Sequence record: MT446416.1
Length of the DNA stretch: 64,000 nt
Direction: 5' to 3' (one strand)
The notes under the pieces are model-generated. The model saw only the letters and a program-made list of their open reading frames with translations, was not told the origin of the DNA and searched no databases. The stretch's first letter is position 1. Every line of letters starts with the position of its first letter. Below, piece by piece: positions 14,167 through 23,748 of the stretch. Made by a program: the position numbers and the translations under genes.

Positions 14167-14381
14167 TTATTACTCCTAACAGTTGAATACTCTTCAGTAC
14201 CGTCATCTTTCTCAACAATATTTAGGACTCCACGAGATACCATTTTATCCGCTAGTTCCTGATAGTATTCGTTTACTTTTTCAACTGGCACGGAACCTCG
14301 TGCCTTAATTTTCTGTAATAGTCTATATTCTTCGTTGGAAACCATAGTGTTGTGACCATGAACATTAGGTACAGTTCTCAT
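14163..14381 (-). CDS. small hypothetical protein
   Basis: Translationally coupled to both neighbours. Confidence 0.6.
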   Translation of the reverse strand: MRTVPNVHGHNTMVSNEEYRLLQKIKARGSVPVEKVNEYYQELADKMVSRGVLNIVEKDDGTEEYSTVRSNK

Positions 14382-15343
14382 TATCGGCCTCGCATACGGT
14401 GACAGAAATCAATGATTTGATCTACCATCTCATCATTCTCTTGTTGTGCAGAGTTTGCCATTACACTTTCATCACCATAGATATCATCTTCTTTTTCGAT
14501 ATCAGCGATAGCATGAATCATTTCACCCATACCTGGTGCGTGTTGTGTTAGTGGAGATGGTGAATTTGGATTACCGTCTGGTTCCATACCAGGCTCACCC
14601 ATCACTTCACTGTTAATTTCTTGTGGAGATTTCTCTTCACGAATTGTAGTACTTTGATTTTGATTGTCAACTGGAGTTACATCACTCAAAGGAAAAACAT
14701 TCAATTCGTTTGGCTTAGTGCCACTTTTAGTTACTACCAAAGATTGCTGTGGGTTTTGACCAGCATCGATACCAACAACAGGTTCAATTGAATCAGTCCC
14801 ACTTTGATTCCCAGGAACGCTAACTTTAATGTTATTAGCATTACGTTGTAGTTCTGCTTGTTTAAGTTTTGCTTGGGTTTGTGGATTAACTTGCTGTTGT
14901 TGCTGGGACACATTCATCTTAGCAATCTGTGTAGATTTCAATTGGTTTTCAGGATTTTCCAAGTTAGAGGATAAATCTTCAAACACAATAGTTTTTAATT
15001 CTTGAATACTCAACTTAGAAACATCAGAGTATGTGAAGTTACTTTTGTATGCTTCAACTAAGTCTTTCATTGTCATAGAATCAACTGTCTTATGCCAATC
15101 AGAACTTTCAACAATATGTTTAGTTACATTGTCAGTACTGAAGTATGAGAAACTTTCACTCAGTTGTGCTTTGTACTTTTGTAAAATTTGAAAAATTTCA
15201 CGGTTATCTGAATTATCCATAGCGGCATTTAGTGTGATGAAATCACCTGCATCCATATTATCCAGAACAACAGAAACATCAACATTCAAATTATGTGCGT
15301 CAGCAAACTTCTGTAGCTCCGCTGCTGTTTGATTTATATCCAT
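14381..15343 (-). CDS. hypothetical protein, Gln/Pro-rich (putative internal head protein)
   Basis: 320 aa; LSES and IVES motifs; GATAAATA box upstream. Confidence 0.6.
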   Translation of the reverse strand: MDINQTAAELQKFADAHNLNVDVSVVLDNMDAGDFITLNAAMDNSDNREIFQILQKYKAQLSESFSYFSTDNVTKHIVESSDWHKTVDSMTMKDLVEAYKSNFTYSDVSKLSIQELKTIVFEDLSSNLENPENQLKSTQIAKMNVSQQQQQVNPQTQAKLKQAELQRNANNIKVSVPGNQSGTDSIEPVVGIDAGQNPQQSLVVTKSGTKPNELNVFPLSDVTPVDNQNQSTTIREEKSPQEINSEVMGEPGMEPDGNPNSPSPLTQHAPGMGEMIHAIADIEKEDDIYGDESVMANSAQQENDEMVDQIIDFCHRMRGR

Positions 15344-15400
15344 AATTACTCCATATAAAATAAAAAAGACCTCTGTCTTGCTTTATGATATTTATCACAA

Positions 15401-15793
15401 TTAAGAAAAGGTCTGTTTGCTGATGCTAATATTTGTATCATTACCTGTTGTGATAAATTTTGTAATTCTTTTACCATTTAATTCTGTAGGTAAAACTAAT
15501 GGTATTCCATTCAAACGCAAATCAACATCCATTGGTATTGCGAATTTGAAAGTACTAAGAGTACATTTACCCCATGAAACTGGAAGATTATAGAAAGATG
15601 CGTTGTTATCTTTATATAGATCTATTTCAGTTTTTACTACACTTACCATCATGGGATAATCATGTACCATAATAGCCTCCAACAATCTCGACAAATTCAT
15701 AGCACCGGTGAACTTAGAATCGATGATTGTTGGAGTTGTACCATCACCTATATCTACAACAGTATTAATTGTGTAGAAAGTATATGGTTTCAT
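15401..15793 (-). CDS. hypothetical protein
   Basis: 130 aa, coupled to the upstream ORF. Confidence 0.55.
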   Translation of the reverse strand: MKPYTFYTINTVVDIGDGTTPTIIDSKFTGAMNLSRLLEAIMVHDYPMMVSVVKTEIDLYKDNNASFYNLPVSWGKCTLSTFKFAIPMDVDLRLNGIPLVLPTELNGKRITKFITTGNDTNISISKQTFS

Positions 15794-15957
15794 TCATTAT
15801 CCTTATTTTTAGTCTCAACAACTTTATATCCAAAGAAATTTGTAGGAGGCATTCTTCGAAGTAATGGGTAATTTAATCCAGTACTAACCGATGCTACTGC
15901 ACCTGCTGATGTAGCACCAGTAGAAGCATTTTCTTTTAGTTTAGTTTTCTTCTTCAT
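15790..15957 (-). CDS. small protein resembling the capsid protein N-arm
   Basis: LKENASTGATSAGAVASVSTGLNYPLLRRMPPT vs MCP LNESATSGATTAGNIATLNKVILPIMRRVMPT. Confidence 0.6.
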   Translation of the reverse strand: MKKKTKLKENASTGATSAGAVASVSTGLNYPLLRRMPPTNFFGYKVVETKNKDNE

Positions 15958-15958
15958 A

Positions 15959-16231
15959 TCAATTCCCTTTATTACGTTTTTCGTCAAGTGCTATGTTCTC
16001 CAAGCCCTTCTGAAACTTTTTATAATCTCGATTCTTAATACTAAGAAATAAACGTTTCTTCAAATCTTCAGCATCAGTTTGGTTAAATTCATCTTCGATA
16101 CTCTCCAATAAATGAATAACAGAGTTGATTGCATGATCTGCACGATTACCAAAACTCTGTAACGTATCTTTCTCTGGTGTATAGTCAACTATACTATCAA
16201 GTAGATTCTTTTTATTGGATTTACTAGACAT
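15959..16231 (-). CDS. hypothetical protein
   Basis: 90 aa helical ORF immediately after the helicase. Confidence 0.6.
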   Translation of the reverse strand: MSSKSNKKNLLDSIVDYTPEKDTLQSFGNRADHAINSVIHLLESIEDEFNQTDAEDLKKRLFLSIKNRDYKKFQKGLENIALDEKRNKGN

Positions 16232-16234
16232 TCA

Positions 16235-17755
16235 TTATTTCCTTTGATTTAACCATTGCTTCATTGCATTTACACGATCAGTACCAATGTGAGGCTGTTG
16301 AGGCTGGGATTCAGTTTGTGTAGAAGTGATTGGATCACTATCTGTATTTAGTGTTACGCTTTCAACACTTGATGTAGTGCTTGGTTTAGGAGCACCAGAC
16401 AGCGTATGACGCAATGTTTGCATCGTACTTGGTGGCATTGCCATATTACCACCACCAACCTTAGAGACACCACTATGACGGAATCCTGACCCATCAGTTT
16501 CTAGTTGTTGGATTGTTGTTGCATGATCTAAAACACGAAGTGAATCAATATCGTAAGACATACGCAAACGTGAACCAACTGCACTACTGTTACGTGTTTT
16601 CTGGAAGTCGAACCAAAGTTCACCAGTTTCTTTACGTGCTTCAATGTAGATTACGTTATCCGCAGTATAGATTTTAGAAATACCACCAGCAATCTGACTT
16701 TGACTTTTCTTGTCTTCATCCATACCACTACGGTTAAACTGTGACGCAGTGAATACGGTCAAATCCATTTTGGTTGCTAGTGCACGCAATTCTTCAGATA
16801 CAAATTTATCTTTTGTAAATGTATTAGATTTATCATTAGGACCAAGACGATTTGATGTTAATAGGTCAAGGTAGTCCACACAAACATAATCTAATTTGAC
16901 TTCCATTTTAATTTGCAATTCACGAAGATAACTTTCAATATCATCAGTGGTTGTTACGGATTCTGGTAAACGTTTAATACGCAATATACCACTATCCTTG
17001 CCTTCCATTTGAACTCGTAGACCAATCTTTTCAGCTTCGTTCTTAACGTTACTTAGCTTAGATTCAGTCATCATACCATAGATACGAACGGCTACCAACT
17101 CTTCTGCTAGTTCTAGTGAAATGTATGCACCATTCATACCAGCCTTAGCAAAGTTAACTGCTAAGTTCTGTAGTACTACTGATTTACCACCACCAGACGC
17201 TGCTGCAAAGATTTCAAGTTCACGGCGACCAAAACCACCGAATAGTTTATAGTCAAGGGTTTCCCATCCACTCTTGAATGAACCTTGCATAGTGCTCAAT
17301 GAACGAATGGTATCTTCTGGATTTTCAAAGATATCAAGACCCAACTCATTCTGTACAGATACTAACATAGCTTCACGAATGAGTTCTTCGATGCCACCAT
17401 ATTTTTTCTGATGTACTAATTCCATACCTTTCTCTACTGCTAGAGCTAGAGCTTTGTGACGGCAAAACTCACTACAGGTATCCAGTACTGCCTGTTTATG
17501 AAGTTCTTGTACTTCATACTGATCATACTGATAACCACCTTTCACTTCGATATCTTTCAGTGTAGGGGATGAACTATATTTTGCTGCATAATCATGAACG
17601 TACTGAATACTTTCATGAAATGTTTTATCAAAATATTCTGGCTTTAGAATATTTTTACAACGTACAAATAAATCTGGATTACTGAAAACTTGGGATAGTA
17701 AGTATTGTTGTGCATTAATCCCATACTGTTTGACGTCCACTGTGCTTTGAATCAT
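16235..17755 (-). CDS. gp41: Replicative DnaB-like helicase (gp41)
   Basis: AAASGGGKS, YISLEL, VCVDYLDL, TASQFNR, GGISKIYTAD, KTRN. Confidence 0.9.
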   Translation of the reverse strand: MIQSTVDVKQYGINAQQYLLSQVFSNPDLFVRCKNILKPEYFDKTFHESIQYVHDYAAKYSSSPTLKDIEVKGGYQYDQYEVQELHKQAVLDTCSEFCRHKALALAVEKGMELVHQKKYGGIEELIREAMLVSVQNELGLDIFENPEDTIRSLSTMQGSFKSGWETLDYKLFGGFGRRELEIFAAASGGGKSVVLQNLAVNFAKAGMNGAYISLELAEELVAVRIYGMMTESKLSNVKNEAEKIGLRVQMEGKDSGILRIKRLPESVTTTDDIESYLRELQIKMEVKLDYVCVDYLDLLTSNRLGPNDKSNTFTKDKFVSEELRALATKMDLTVFTASQFNRSGMDEDKKSQSQIAGGISKIYTADNVIYIEARKETGELWFDFQKTRNSSAVGSRLRMSYDIDSLRVLDHATTIQQLETDGSGFRHSGVSKVGGGNMAMPPSTMQTLRHTLSGAPKPSTTSSVESVTLNTDSDPITSTQTESQPQQPHIGTDRVNAMKQWLNQRK

Positions 17756-17781
17756 TTATGTTCCCTCATTTATATCCTGTG

Positions 17782-18837
17782 TTACATCCACTTATCCGTT
17801 TGTGCTTTAATATAGAAAGGCTCGTCAACTATACTATCATGTATCAGTTGTAAACAAAATAATCTTCCAAATCTAGCACATGCTTCGTCAAAATCTTTAA
17901 TGTGACGTATAGTACTTCCAACACGTACTGCCCCAAAATCTGGGAAAGAAACACTAAATCCATATTCGAGTGCTTGTTCGATTGTTTGTAATCCATCCTT
18001 ATCACGGTCTGGTACGATAACAATCTTTTTACCTTTTTCTTGTGCAGCTTTAAGTACATCTATTTGTACTGCTGACAATTTAAAGTTATTTGCAGAAACA
18101 CCACCCATTAGTGCTGCATCCATTGGACCTTCACAAACTAATATAGTTTTAATTCGTTCATCTTGTAACAGATCATAATTATATAGAATATTAGTACTGA
18201 CCTGATTAATAAAACGATAGGTACTTCCTGGGTCTTTAAGTTTGTGTCTAGCAGTATATCCGATAATTTTACCGTTCATAACGTATGGTATGATAAATCG
18301 GTCATACATTTTATGTTCTTTAGCTGGACTCCAATACAATTCTAAATCTAATAGATATGGATTTCGCTCATTCACATGATTCAGAACACTAATAAATTCT
18401 TGTGGTATTTGCTCTTCTGGTAACGATGCCCATTCCCAGAATGTTTTTGAGTTCGGTGGTAATTCACGAACAGTTACACGTTGATATAGTTTAGATGCAG
18501 TAGTTTCTTGTTCTGCAAAGTCTCCACTATCAACCATTTCTTTAATGTAAAATTTAGCTAGTTCTATTTCCTTATCCTGTGCACCAAAAGAAATGAGCAA
18601 AGACTCCATATCTTTGCTCATATATTTTCCAGGTTGCCACCCAGTTTTTAGACTACAGTTAAAACAGTTATAAGAAACAGAACCATCTGCGTTAAACATA
18701 TGATTGCCTCGATTTTTAGTATCGGGGCGTGAATGACCACGGAACACACAAGCAGGACAATTGTGATGTGTCCACATACCAATTCCTGGTACTGGGTCAT
18801 TCATGATTTGTGCCATGATGTTTTGTACAGCGTTCAT
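17782..18837 (-). CDS. gp61: DNA primase (gp61-like)
   Basis: Zn motif CPAC...CFNC; TOPRIM VCEGPMDA and VPDRDKDG. Confidence 0.88.
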   Translation of the reverse strand: MNAVQNIMAQIMNDPVPGIGMWTHHNCPACVFRGHSRPDTKNRGNHMFNADGSVSYNCFNCSLKTGWQPGKYMSKDMESLLISFGAQDKEIELAKFYIKEMVDSGDFAEQETTASKLYQRVTVRELPPNSKTFWEWASLPEEQIPQEFISVLNHVNERNPYLLDLELYWSPAKEHKMYDRFIIPYVMNGKIIGYTARHKLKDPGSTYRFINQVSTNILYNYDLLQDERIKTILVCEGPMDAALMGGVSANNFKLSAVQIDVLKAAQEKGKKIVIVPDRDKDGLQTIEQALEYGFSVSFPDFGAVRVGSTIRHIKDFDEACARFGRLFCLQLIHDSIVDEPFYIKAQTDKWM

Positions 18838-18866
18838 AATTTAATCCTTGTTATTTCTCACAAATG

Positions 18867-18895
18867 ATTATAGCACAAACACTTGTTTTGTCTCA
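18867..18895 (-). promoter_or_regulatory. promoter TGAGAC-N17-TATAAT upstream of primase
   Basis: Read directly; TG extended -10. Confidence 0.72.
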
Positions 18896-19870
18896 CCTGC
18901 GAATCAAAATTTTAGGAACTGACAGTAGTGGGTCATAGACTTTTCTTACTGCCGCATAGTCATAAGGAACTGGAACGATCTTAGGATGAATACAAACAAC
19001 CAATCGCAACCACATGTAATTACCTTTAAAATTAAATGCTTGAATCCCATCTAACGCTTTAGGGAATCCATTTTCATCAATATCATTTTCGATATATTCT
19101 TTACCATCCAATTTAACAATAAACCATTTATAGTTTTCGTTATCAGTTGGTACGTTATTACACAAACATCCTTGTAATTGAATTCTACCAATGAATTTAT
19201 CAAAGTACATTGCAATAGTACTAAGACCATCAACTAACCCATACTGCATTTGTGCAGGAAGAGGTGATGTTGCCATTATATCATATTCACCAATAACACC
19301 ACGAGCGATTGGTTCATGATACAAGCGTTTGATAGTAGTCCATGCTGGGTTTTTATTAACAGATACTTCAATACTTGGCACAAACACAGGAGCAGCTTGG
19401 TCGGAAATGATCAATTCAGCAGATGCTTCATAGTCAAGACCAGTGTATAAGTACTGTGTTGGTTCAATCAAGGAACCATCCATTGTTACTTTAGTAATAC
19501 TCCATCTATATTTTGAACCAGGACTAGTATCCTGAATTACACCAGCAGGAACAATACATCCATAATATACTTTTTTACTATTACCTAATGTTTGTCTTGC
19601 TTGTCCACTTTCTGATAGCCATGATGGTTTTTGTTTATCCAGAACTACATCGAATAATTTAGTATTGTTTCTAGCATCAAAAATCATGAATGTTAGATAT
19701 TCGTTATCTTTTAGTAATGTATATTTTCCATCAGCGTTGTGCACTGTGAATGATAAATTGTTATTTGCACCTCTGTATATTGTAAGTTTCTCATTGCTGT
19801 ATGGCATATTAAAATTGCCCAATGATACTTCTTGGTTATAAGGGTACATAAACACGCCGTGATGAGCCAT
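18893..19870 (-). CDS. hypothetical protein, probably structural
   Basis: Start moved to ATG 19870 (GGAAGG SD); IYRGANNNLSFTV; beta-rich. Confidence 0.55.
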   Translation of the reverse strand: MAHHGVFMYPYNQEVSLGNFNMPYSNEKLTIYRGANNNLSFTVHNADGKYTLLKDNEYLTFMIFDARNNTKLFDVVLDKQKPSWLSESGQARQTLGNSKKVYYGCIVPAGVIQDTSPGSKYRWSITKVTMDGSLIEPTQYLYTGLDYEASAELIISDQAAPVFVPSIEVSVNKNPAWTTIKRLYHEPIARGVIGEYDIMATSPLPAQMQYGLVDGLSTIAMYFDKFIGRIQLQGCLCNNVPTDNENYKWFIVKLDGKEYIENDIDENGFPKALDGIQAFNFKGNYMWLRLVVCIHPKIVPVPYDYAAVRKVYDPLLSVPKILIRR

Positions 19871-19927
19871 AGTTTTTCCTTCCATAAATAATAGGTATAA
19901 ATTTATACTAATATTTATGGAACTCAT

Positions 19928-20281
19928 ATGAATCAATATAATACTATTCCACCATTTATCACGGTAGTTCAGTGTGATGGTAAAACTTTCATTGGTATTA
20001 TCAAGATAAAAAGTAAACAGTATACTACTCTTTACTGCTTTGAAGATATGGATGAACCAATGCAAGATGAATTGTTGGGTATAGCACATGATTGGTGGTG
20101 GCAAAGTAACAGGTCAATTCCAGTCTGTCTATTCTTCCAAGAAGAGATGGAGAAATTTGAACCTTACACACAGAGATTCGATACCCCTGCGGTGAATTTC
20201 GTTTGTGGTCCAGTAGTTTCTTTAAGTGATTTGCCACAAAAACGCATCAAGCGTCGTAATGTGGCTCTTAAGAAGAAGTAA
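19928..20281 (+). CDS. hypothetical protein
   Basis: Isolated plus-strand ORF with a CATAAATA box upstream; WWWQSNRSIP motif. Confidence 0.65.
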   Translation: MNQYNTIPPFITVVQCDGKTFIGIIKIKSKQYTTLYCFEDMDEPMQDELLGIAHDWWWQSNRSIPVCLFFQEEMEKFEPYTQRFDTPAVNFVCGPVVSLSDLPQKRIKRRNVALKKK

Positions 20282-20906
20282 GATGTTCAACTAAAGCGTT
20301 AAGTTGAACTACAATCATTAAGCTGTATGCATAAGCATGTGGCTTTTTGAAATATCGTAACTTATTTCCTGCTTGGTCTGTGCCAATAGTACTGTAATCC
20401 CATATAGTGGATTCAACTTCACTCCATGTATTCATACTTTGGCACTGCCTTTTTCCAGGACGAATCATTGCAATAAACATTGCAAGTTCATCTATGGATT
20501 TAGGTTTCCACACATTTAATAATGTAACGTGTTTTTTAATCTGTGAAAGATGTTCAACTATTTCTGGTTCTAACAGAAGATCCCAATTAGGTTCCTGATT
20601 CATTAGTTCTTTTAAATGTGCTCTATCACGAACATACTGGTAAGCCGATTGTGACAGGATATCTACCTTTTGATATCCCAAGCGTTCGGCTTCTTTATAT
20701 TGTATGCTGGCTAAACCAGTGATAGGGTCAATTGGTATATTATCAAAATGAACACCACTGTTATGGGGGATTAAACCATCCTCCGTAATTTTTTCTGTAC
20801 TTCGTACACAAGGAAGCTGTGCAATCACTGACTTACTATCTTTAAAGTCAATGTCGATATCAGTTCGTGCTTTGCGGTACGAATTAGAATTTGTCGAATC
20901 CTGCAT
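20268..20906 (-). CDS. stand-alone mini DnaE (Pol III alpha catalytic core)
   Basis: RTDIDIDF (PDxDxDF), HNSGV (HAAGV), QKVDIL (KxDxL), FKKPHAYAYS (FNKSHAAAYA). Confidence 0.78.
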   Translation of the reverse strand: MQDSTNSNSYRKARTDIDIDFKDSKSVIAQLPCVRSTEKITEDGLIPHNSGVHFDNIPIDPITGLASIQYKEAERLGYQKVDILSQSAYQYVRDRAHLKELMNQEPNWDLLLEPEIVEHLSQIKKHVTLLNVWKPKSIDELAMFIAMIRPGKRQCQSMNTWSEVESTIWDYSTIGTDQAGNKLRYFKKPHAYAYSLMIVVQLNALVEHLTSS

Positions 20907-21213
20907 TTTTTATTTGCTCCTGCAATTTGTTTACAGTGTTAGATAATTTGGTTACCTGATTTTCTAACATTGTACACTTTTGTTTAGTCTTTGACAACTC
21001 TTGACTTAGACTAAAAAAACGTTCCTCATGCCTTTCAACCATACTGATAATTTTTTCAACACGAACAGGATCGTGCACCTGAAATGTTTTACCATCAAGT
21101 GTGATTTCCGTTATAGAGCCTTGTCTAAGCAATGATAAAGATTTAGATTTATCTGCTTTAGGCACAGGTACATACCCTTCTGGTATTTTATTATATATAC
21201 TTTTTCCATTCAT
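20884..21213 (-). CDS. hypothetical coiled-coil protein
   Basis: Heptad-rich C-terminal half. Confidence 0.6.
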   Translation of the reverse strand: MNGKSIYNKIPEGYVPVPKADKSKSLSLLRQGSITEITLDGKTFQVHDPVRVEKIISMVERHEERFFSLSQELSKTKQKCTMLENQVTKLSNTVNKLQEQIKNAGFDKF

Positions 21214-21920
21214 AATCCAGCCTCACGTAGCATACTTTTTATTTCATCACATTCCTTTTTGTACTTTATAGTTTTAACCTCAAAGTAACTAGGATCAATG
21301 TATTTAAGTATATACTTGATTTCAGAGTTAGAGAGATTCTTGAAAAACTTATTAGTACTTTCTTTTGGTGCTAACCAGATAATCCAAGGTGAAATCTTAC
21401 CACTCTCAATCCATGCAATTGCACGGGCAGAACTCACATTGGAAAAAAACTTATTCCACTCCAAGTTCAGATTCTGGCCCCATTCCACCATTGCAACAAC
21501 ACTACGGGAAACAGCGGCGGTGGGAGATTCAGAACGGATACAATCTAATATCCATTCATCCTTTGCTTTATAAGTACTCCATTCCATAATAGGACGGTTT
21601 CTTACAATTAGACTTTTTACAAAACCATCAATATCTAAAATATCACGGTTGTTCAAATAATAAATTGCAAAATCATAAAAATCACTAAAGTACTTTGATT
21701 TTATAAAAGCCATTAATGGTTCAACTCCCTTCTTGAAAGGGAAATGGTTTAACTCCATGAATTGCATATAAATGCGAAAAGCCTCCCTCATGGGGCGGCT
21801 ATCACGATCTTCGTAACGGTCACGTTTAACACACTTATGTGTGTTAACTGTGTCTTCGCGTTTAAATTCTTTATCACAGAACTTACATGTGTATACGGGA
21901 CTACTTGATTTCTTTGCCAT
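21210..21920 (-). CDS. C2H2 zinc-finger protein
   Basis: YTCKFCDKEFKREDTVNTHKC. Confidence 0.65.
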   Translation of the reverse strand: MAKKSSSPVYTCKFCDKEFKREDTVNTHKCVKRDRYEDRDSRPMREAFRIYMQFMELNHFPFKKGVEPLMAFIKSKYFSDFYDFAIYYLNNRDILDIDGFVKSLIVRNRPIMEWSTYKAKDEWILDCIRSESPTAAVSRSVVAMVEWGQNLNLEWNKFFSNVSSARAIAWIESGKISPWIIWLAPKESTNKFFKNLSNSEIKYILKYIDPSYFEVKTIKYKKECDEIKSMLREAGL

Positions 21921-22746
21921 ATTTCTTACATTCTTCTTTAAATAATTTCATCATTGATTTCATTTCTTTCTCTTGCAAACCTATGTCTTCAAGGAAAGAC
22001 TCGAATGTTTTTTTGTTATATTGCAACAAAACAATTTTATATTCATCTTCGTTCATTTGAGTTGCTATTGAATCTGGCTGTGTACTTTTAATGAGTTCAA
22101 ATAATTCATTATTAGCACGCTTGAAACTCTTGGAAAAGTTTAACCAGTTTCGTGGCAATTCCTTACCACCCAACATATCATGAACCGAACATAGTAGTTG
22201 ATATACAAGTTCAGGGTGTTCTTTCATATCCCAGAACCCATCATTAACCATATCATTCAACATAATCAACTGATAACGTACAACGTCACTGTCAACCAAT
22301 GAGATGATCTGTCCACCAGCAATACTAAATTCAGTCATTGCTGCAATCAACTTGTTAGCATCATCATTACTTTGTACGGCAAACTTGATACGCCAATCAT
22401 AGTCACTATGACAGTACTTAGTAACTGATGTTACATTAACACCAGTACTATTGAGTTCTTTGACAAGTTCAGTGAGTGCTTCTTTACCACCAGCTTTCCA
22501 CTTACCAAATACGTTTTCCACTTTACTACTAGGGAAAGTTACTTGGAGGGAGTCATCAAGTGAACTTACCCAACGAAGTACAGTATAAGGCGTAAATTCC
22601 TTACGCTCATCTTCGGTCATGTCATTATAGTATTTGTAATCTGCACGGTCAATATGTTTTAGAAATTCAGCAATAGAAAATGTATGCTGGGTTGGTTTAT
22701 CGTTTTCGTCTACTGACTTAGCTTTAATATTACTGAAATCTAACAC
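21901..22746 (-). CDS. putative clamp-loader small subunit (gp62-like) with internal insertion
   Basis: FTPYTVLRWVSS and LNDMVN..FWDMKEHPELVYQLL resemble gp62-family segments. Confidence 0.45.
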   Translation of the reverse strand: MLDFSNIKAKSVDENDKPTQHTFSIAEFLKHIDRADYKYYNDMTEDERKEFTPYTVLRWVSSLDDSLQVTFPSSKVENVFGKWKAGGKEALTELVKELNSTGVNVTSVTKYCHSDYDWRIKFAVQSNDDANKLIAAMTEFSIAGGQIISLVDSDVVRYQLIMLNDMVNDGFWDMKEHPELVYQLLCSVHDMLGGKELPRNWLNFSKSFKRANNELFELIKSTQPDSIATQMNEDEYKIVLLQYNKKTFESFLEDIGLQEKEMKSMMKLFKEECKKYGKEIK

Positions 22747-22748
22747 TA

Positions 22749-23246
22749 TTACACTCCTAGATACAAATCTTGAATTTTCTCGTTCTCATCTGCAAAGTAA
22801 ACACAAGGTGGATTGTTACCACTGTGCAGAGGAACACATAGTAAGTTCTTCTTAGGCAGCATAGGGATCTGCCATTTAGTAGTGAGTGCGAATACACGCA
22901 GCACTTTTACAGGTTCGAACTTAGGATACATTGAACGGATTGGATTGTAAACAAAAGCTTTAGGTTCTTTCATATTAAGAATGTTTTCAATAGTACACAT
23001 CTCAACCATACCTGTCTCTTCATCACCCAACATGATTTGCCAACCCAATGGTACTTGGATAATCTTTTCACCAATCTGCAAATCAGCACTGATACTATTA
23101 AATGACACAGTGTTTAAAATGTGGCGAAAATAAAAGTCAGAGTCACCGTTTGGACTCAAATCTAAAACACAATACATTTCTGATGGAATGTGTTCAGTTA
23201 CTAAATCCATATCAAATGAATTATTTTCTGGGGTTAATACGTTCAT
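22749..23246 (-). CDS. hypothetical beta-rich protein
   Basis: 165 aa with GGAG SD. Confidence 0.6.
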   Translation of the reverse strand: MNVLTPENNSFDMDLVTEHIPSEMYCVLDLSPNGDSDFYFRHILNTVSFNSISADLQIGEKIIQVPLGWQIMLGDEETGMVEMCTIENILNMKEPKAFVYNPIRSMYPKFEPVKVLRVFALTTKWQIPMLPKKNLLCVPLHSGNNPPCVYFADENEKIQDLYLGV

Positions 23247-23255
23247 CTCATCTCC

Positions 23256-23684
23256 TTAGTACTGGGAATCTTCATCTTCATCGTAGTAATCTTCTTCATC
23301 TTCATCTGATGTACCATAGAATTCAAGACCATACGTTTCACACATTTCTTGAATCTTATCAACATCAGTATCTAAGTAAGAATCAAAATTACCACTAAGA
23401 CTAACTACATCAATAAACGTTGTAGTATCAGTACTTGCATAGATGATATCATATTTTAATGATTCAACTTTCGAGTCAATTCTGGTTTGCAATTCATAGA
23501 TATTAATCCATGAATTAGTGTCAATATTACATCTCCAAACATTAGTATCGTCAGTTTCTAGTTCAGGTATATAGTCAAGTGAAGATACCATGTCATCCAT
23601 AATACCATCACCATTCAACAATACATCAATTACATCTAACGTTTCTTGGTCACAGATAAAAGCAATACTAGATCTTAATTCCAT
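23256..23684 (-). CDS. highly acidic hypothetical protein
   Basis: Tail SDEDEEDYYDEDEDSQY; own promoter at 23720-23748. Confidence 0.6.
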   Translation of the reverse strand: MELRSSIAFICDQETLDVIDVLLNGDGIMDDMVSSLDYIPELETDDTNVWRCNIDTNSWINIYELQTRIDSKVESLKYDIIYASTDTTTFIDVVSLSGNFDSYLDTDVDKIQEMCETYGLEFYGTSDEDEEDYYDEDEDSQY

Positions 23685-23719
23685 TTTTATTTTACTTCCT
23701 TGTTGTTGTCATACGACAC

Positions 23720-23748
23720 ATTATATCATGTACAGCGGGATTATCCCG
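23720..23748 (-). promoter_or_regulatory. promoter variant CGGGAT-N17-TATAAT overlapping the uvsW terminator hairpin
   Basis: Read directly; overlaps the inverted repeat TACAGCGGGATTATCCCGCTGTA. Confidence 0.5.
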
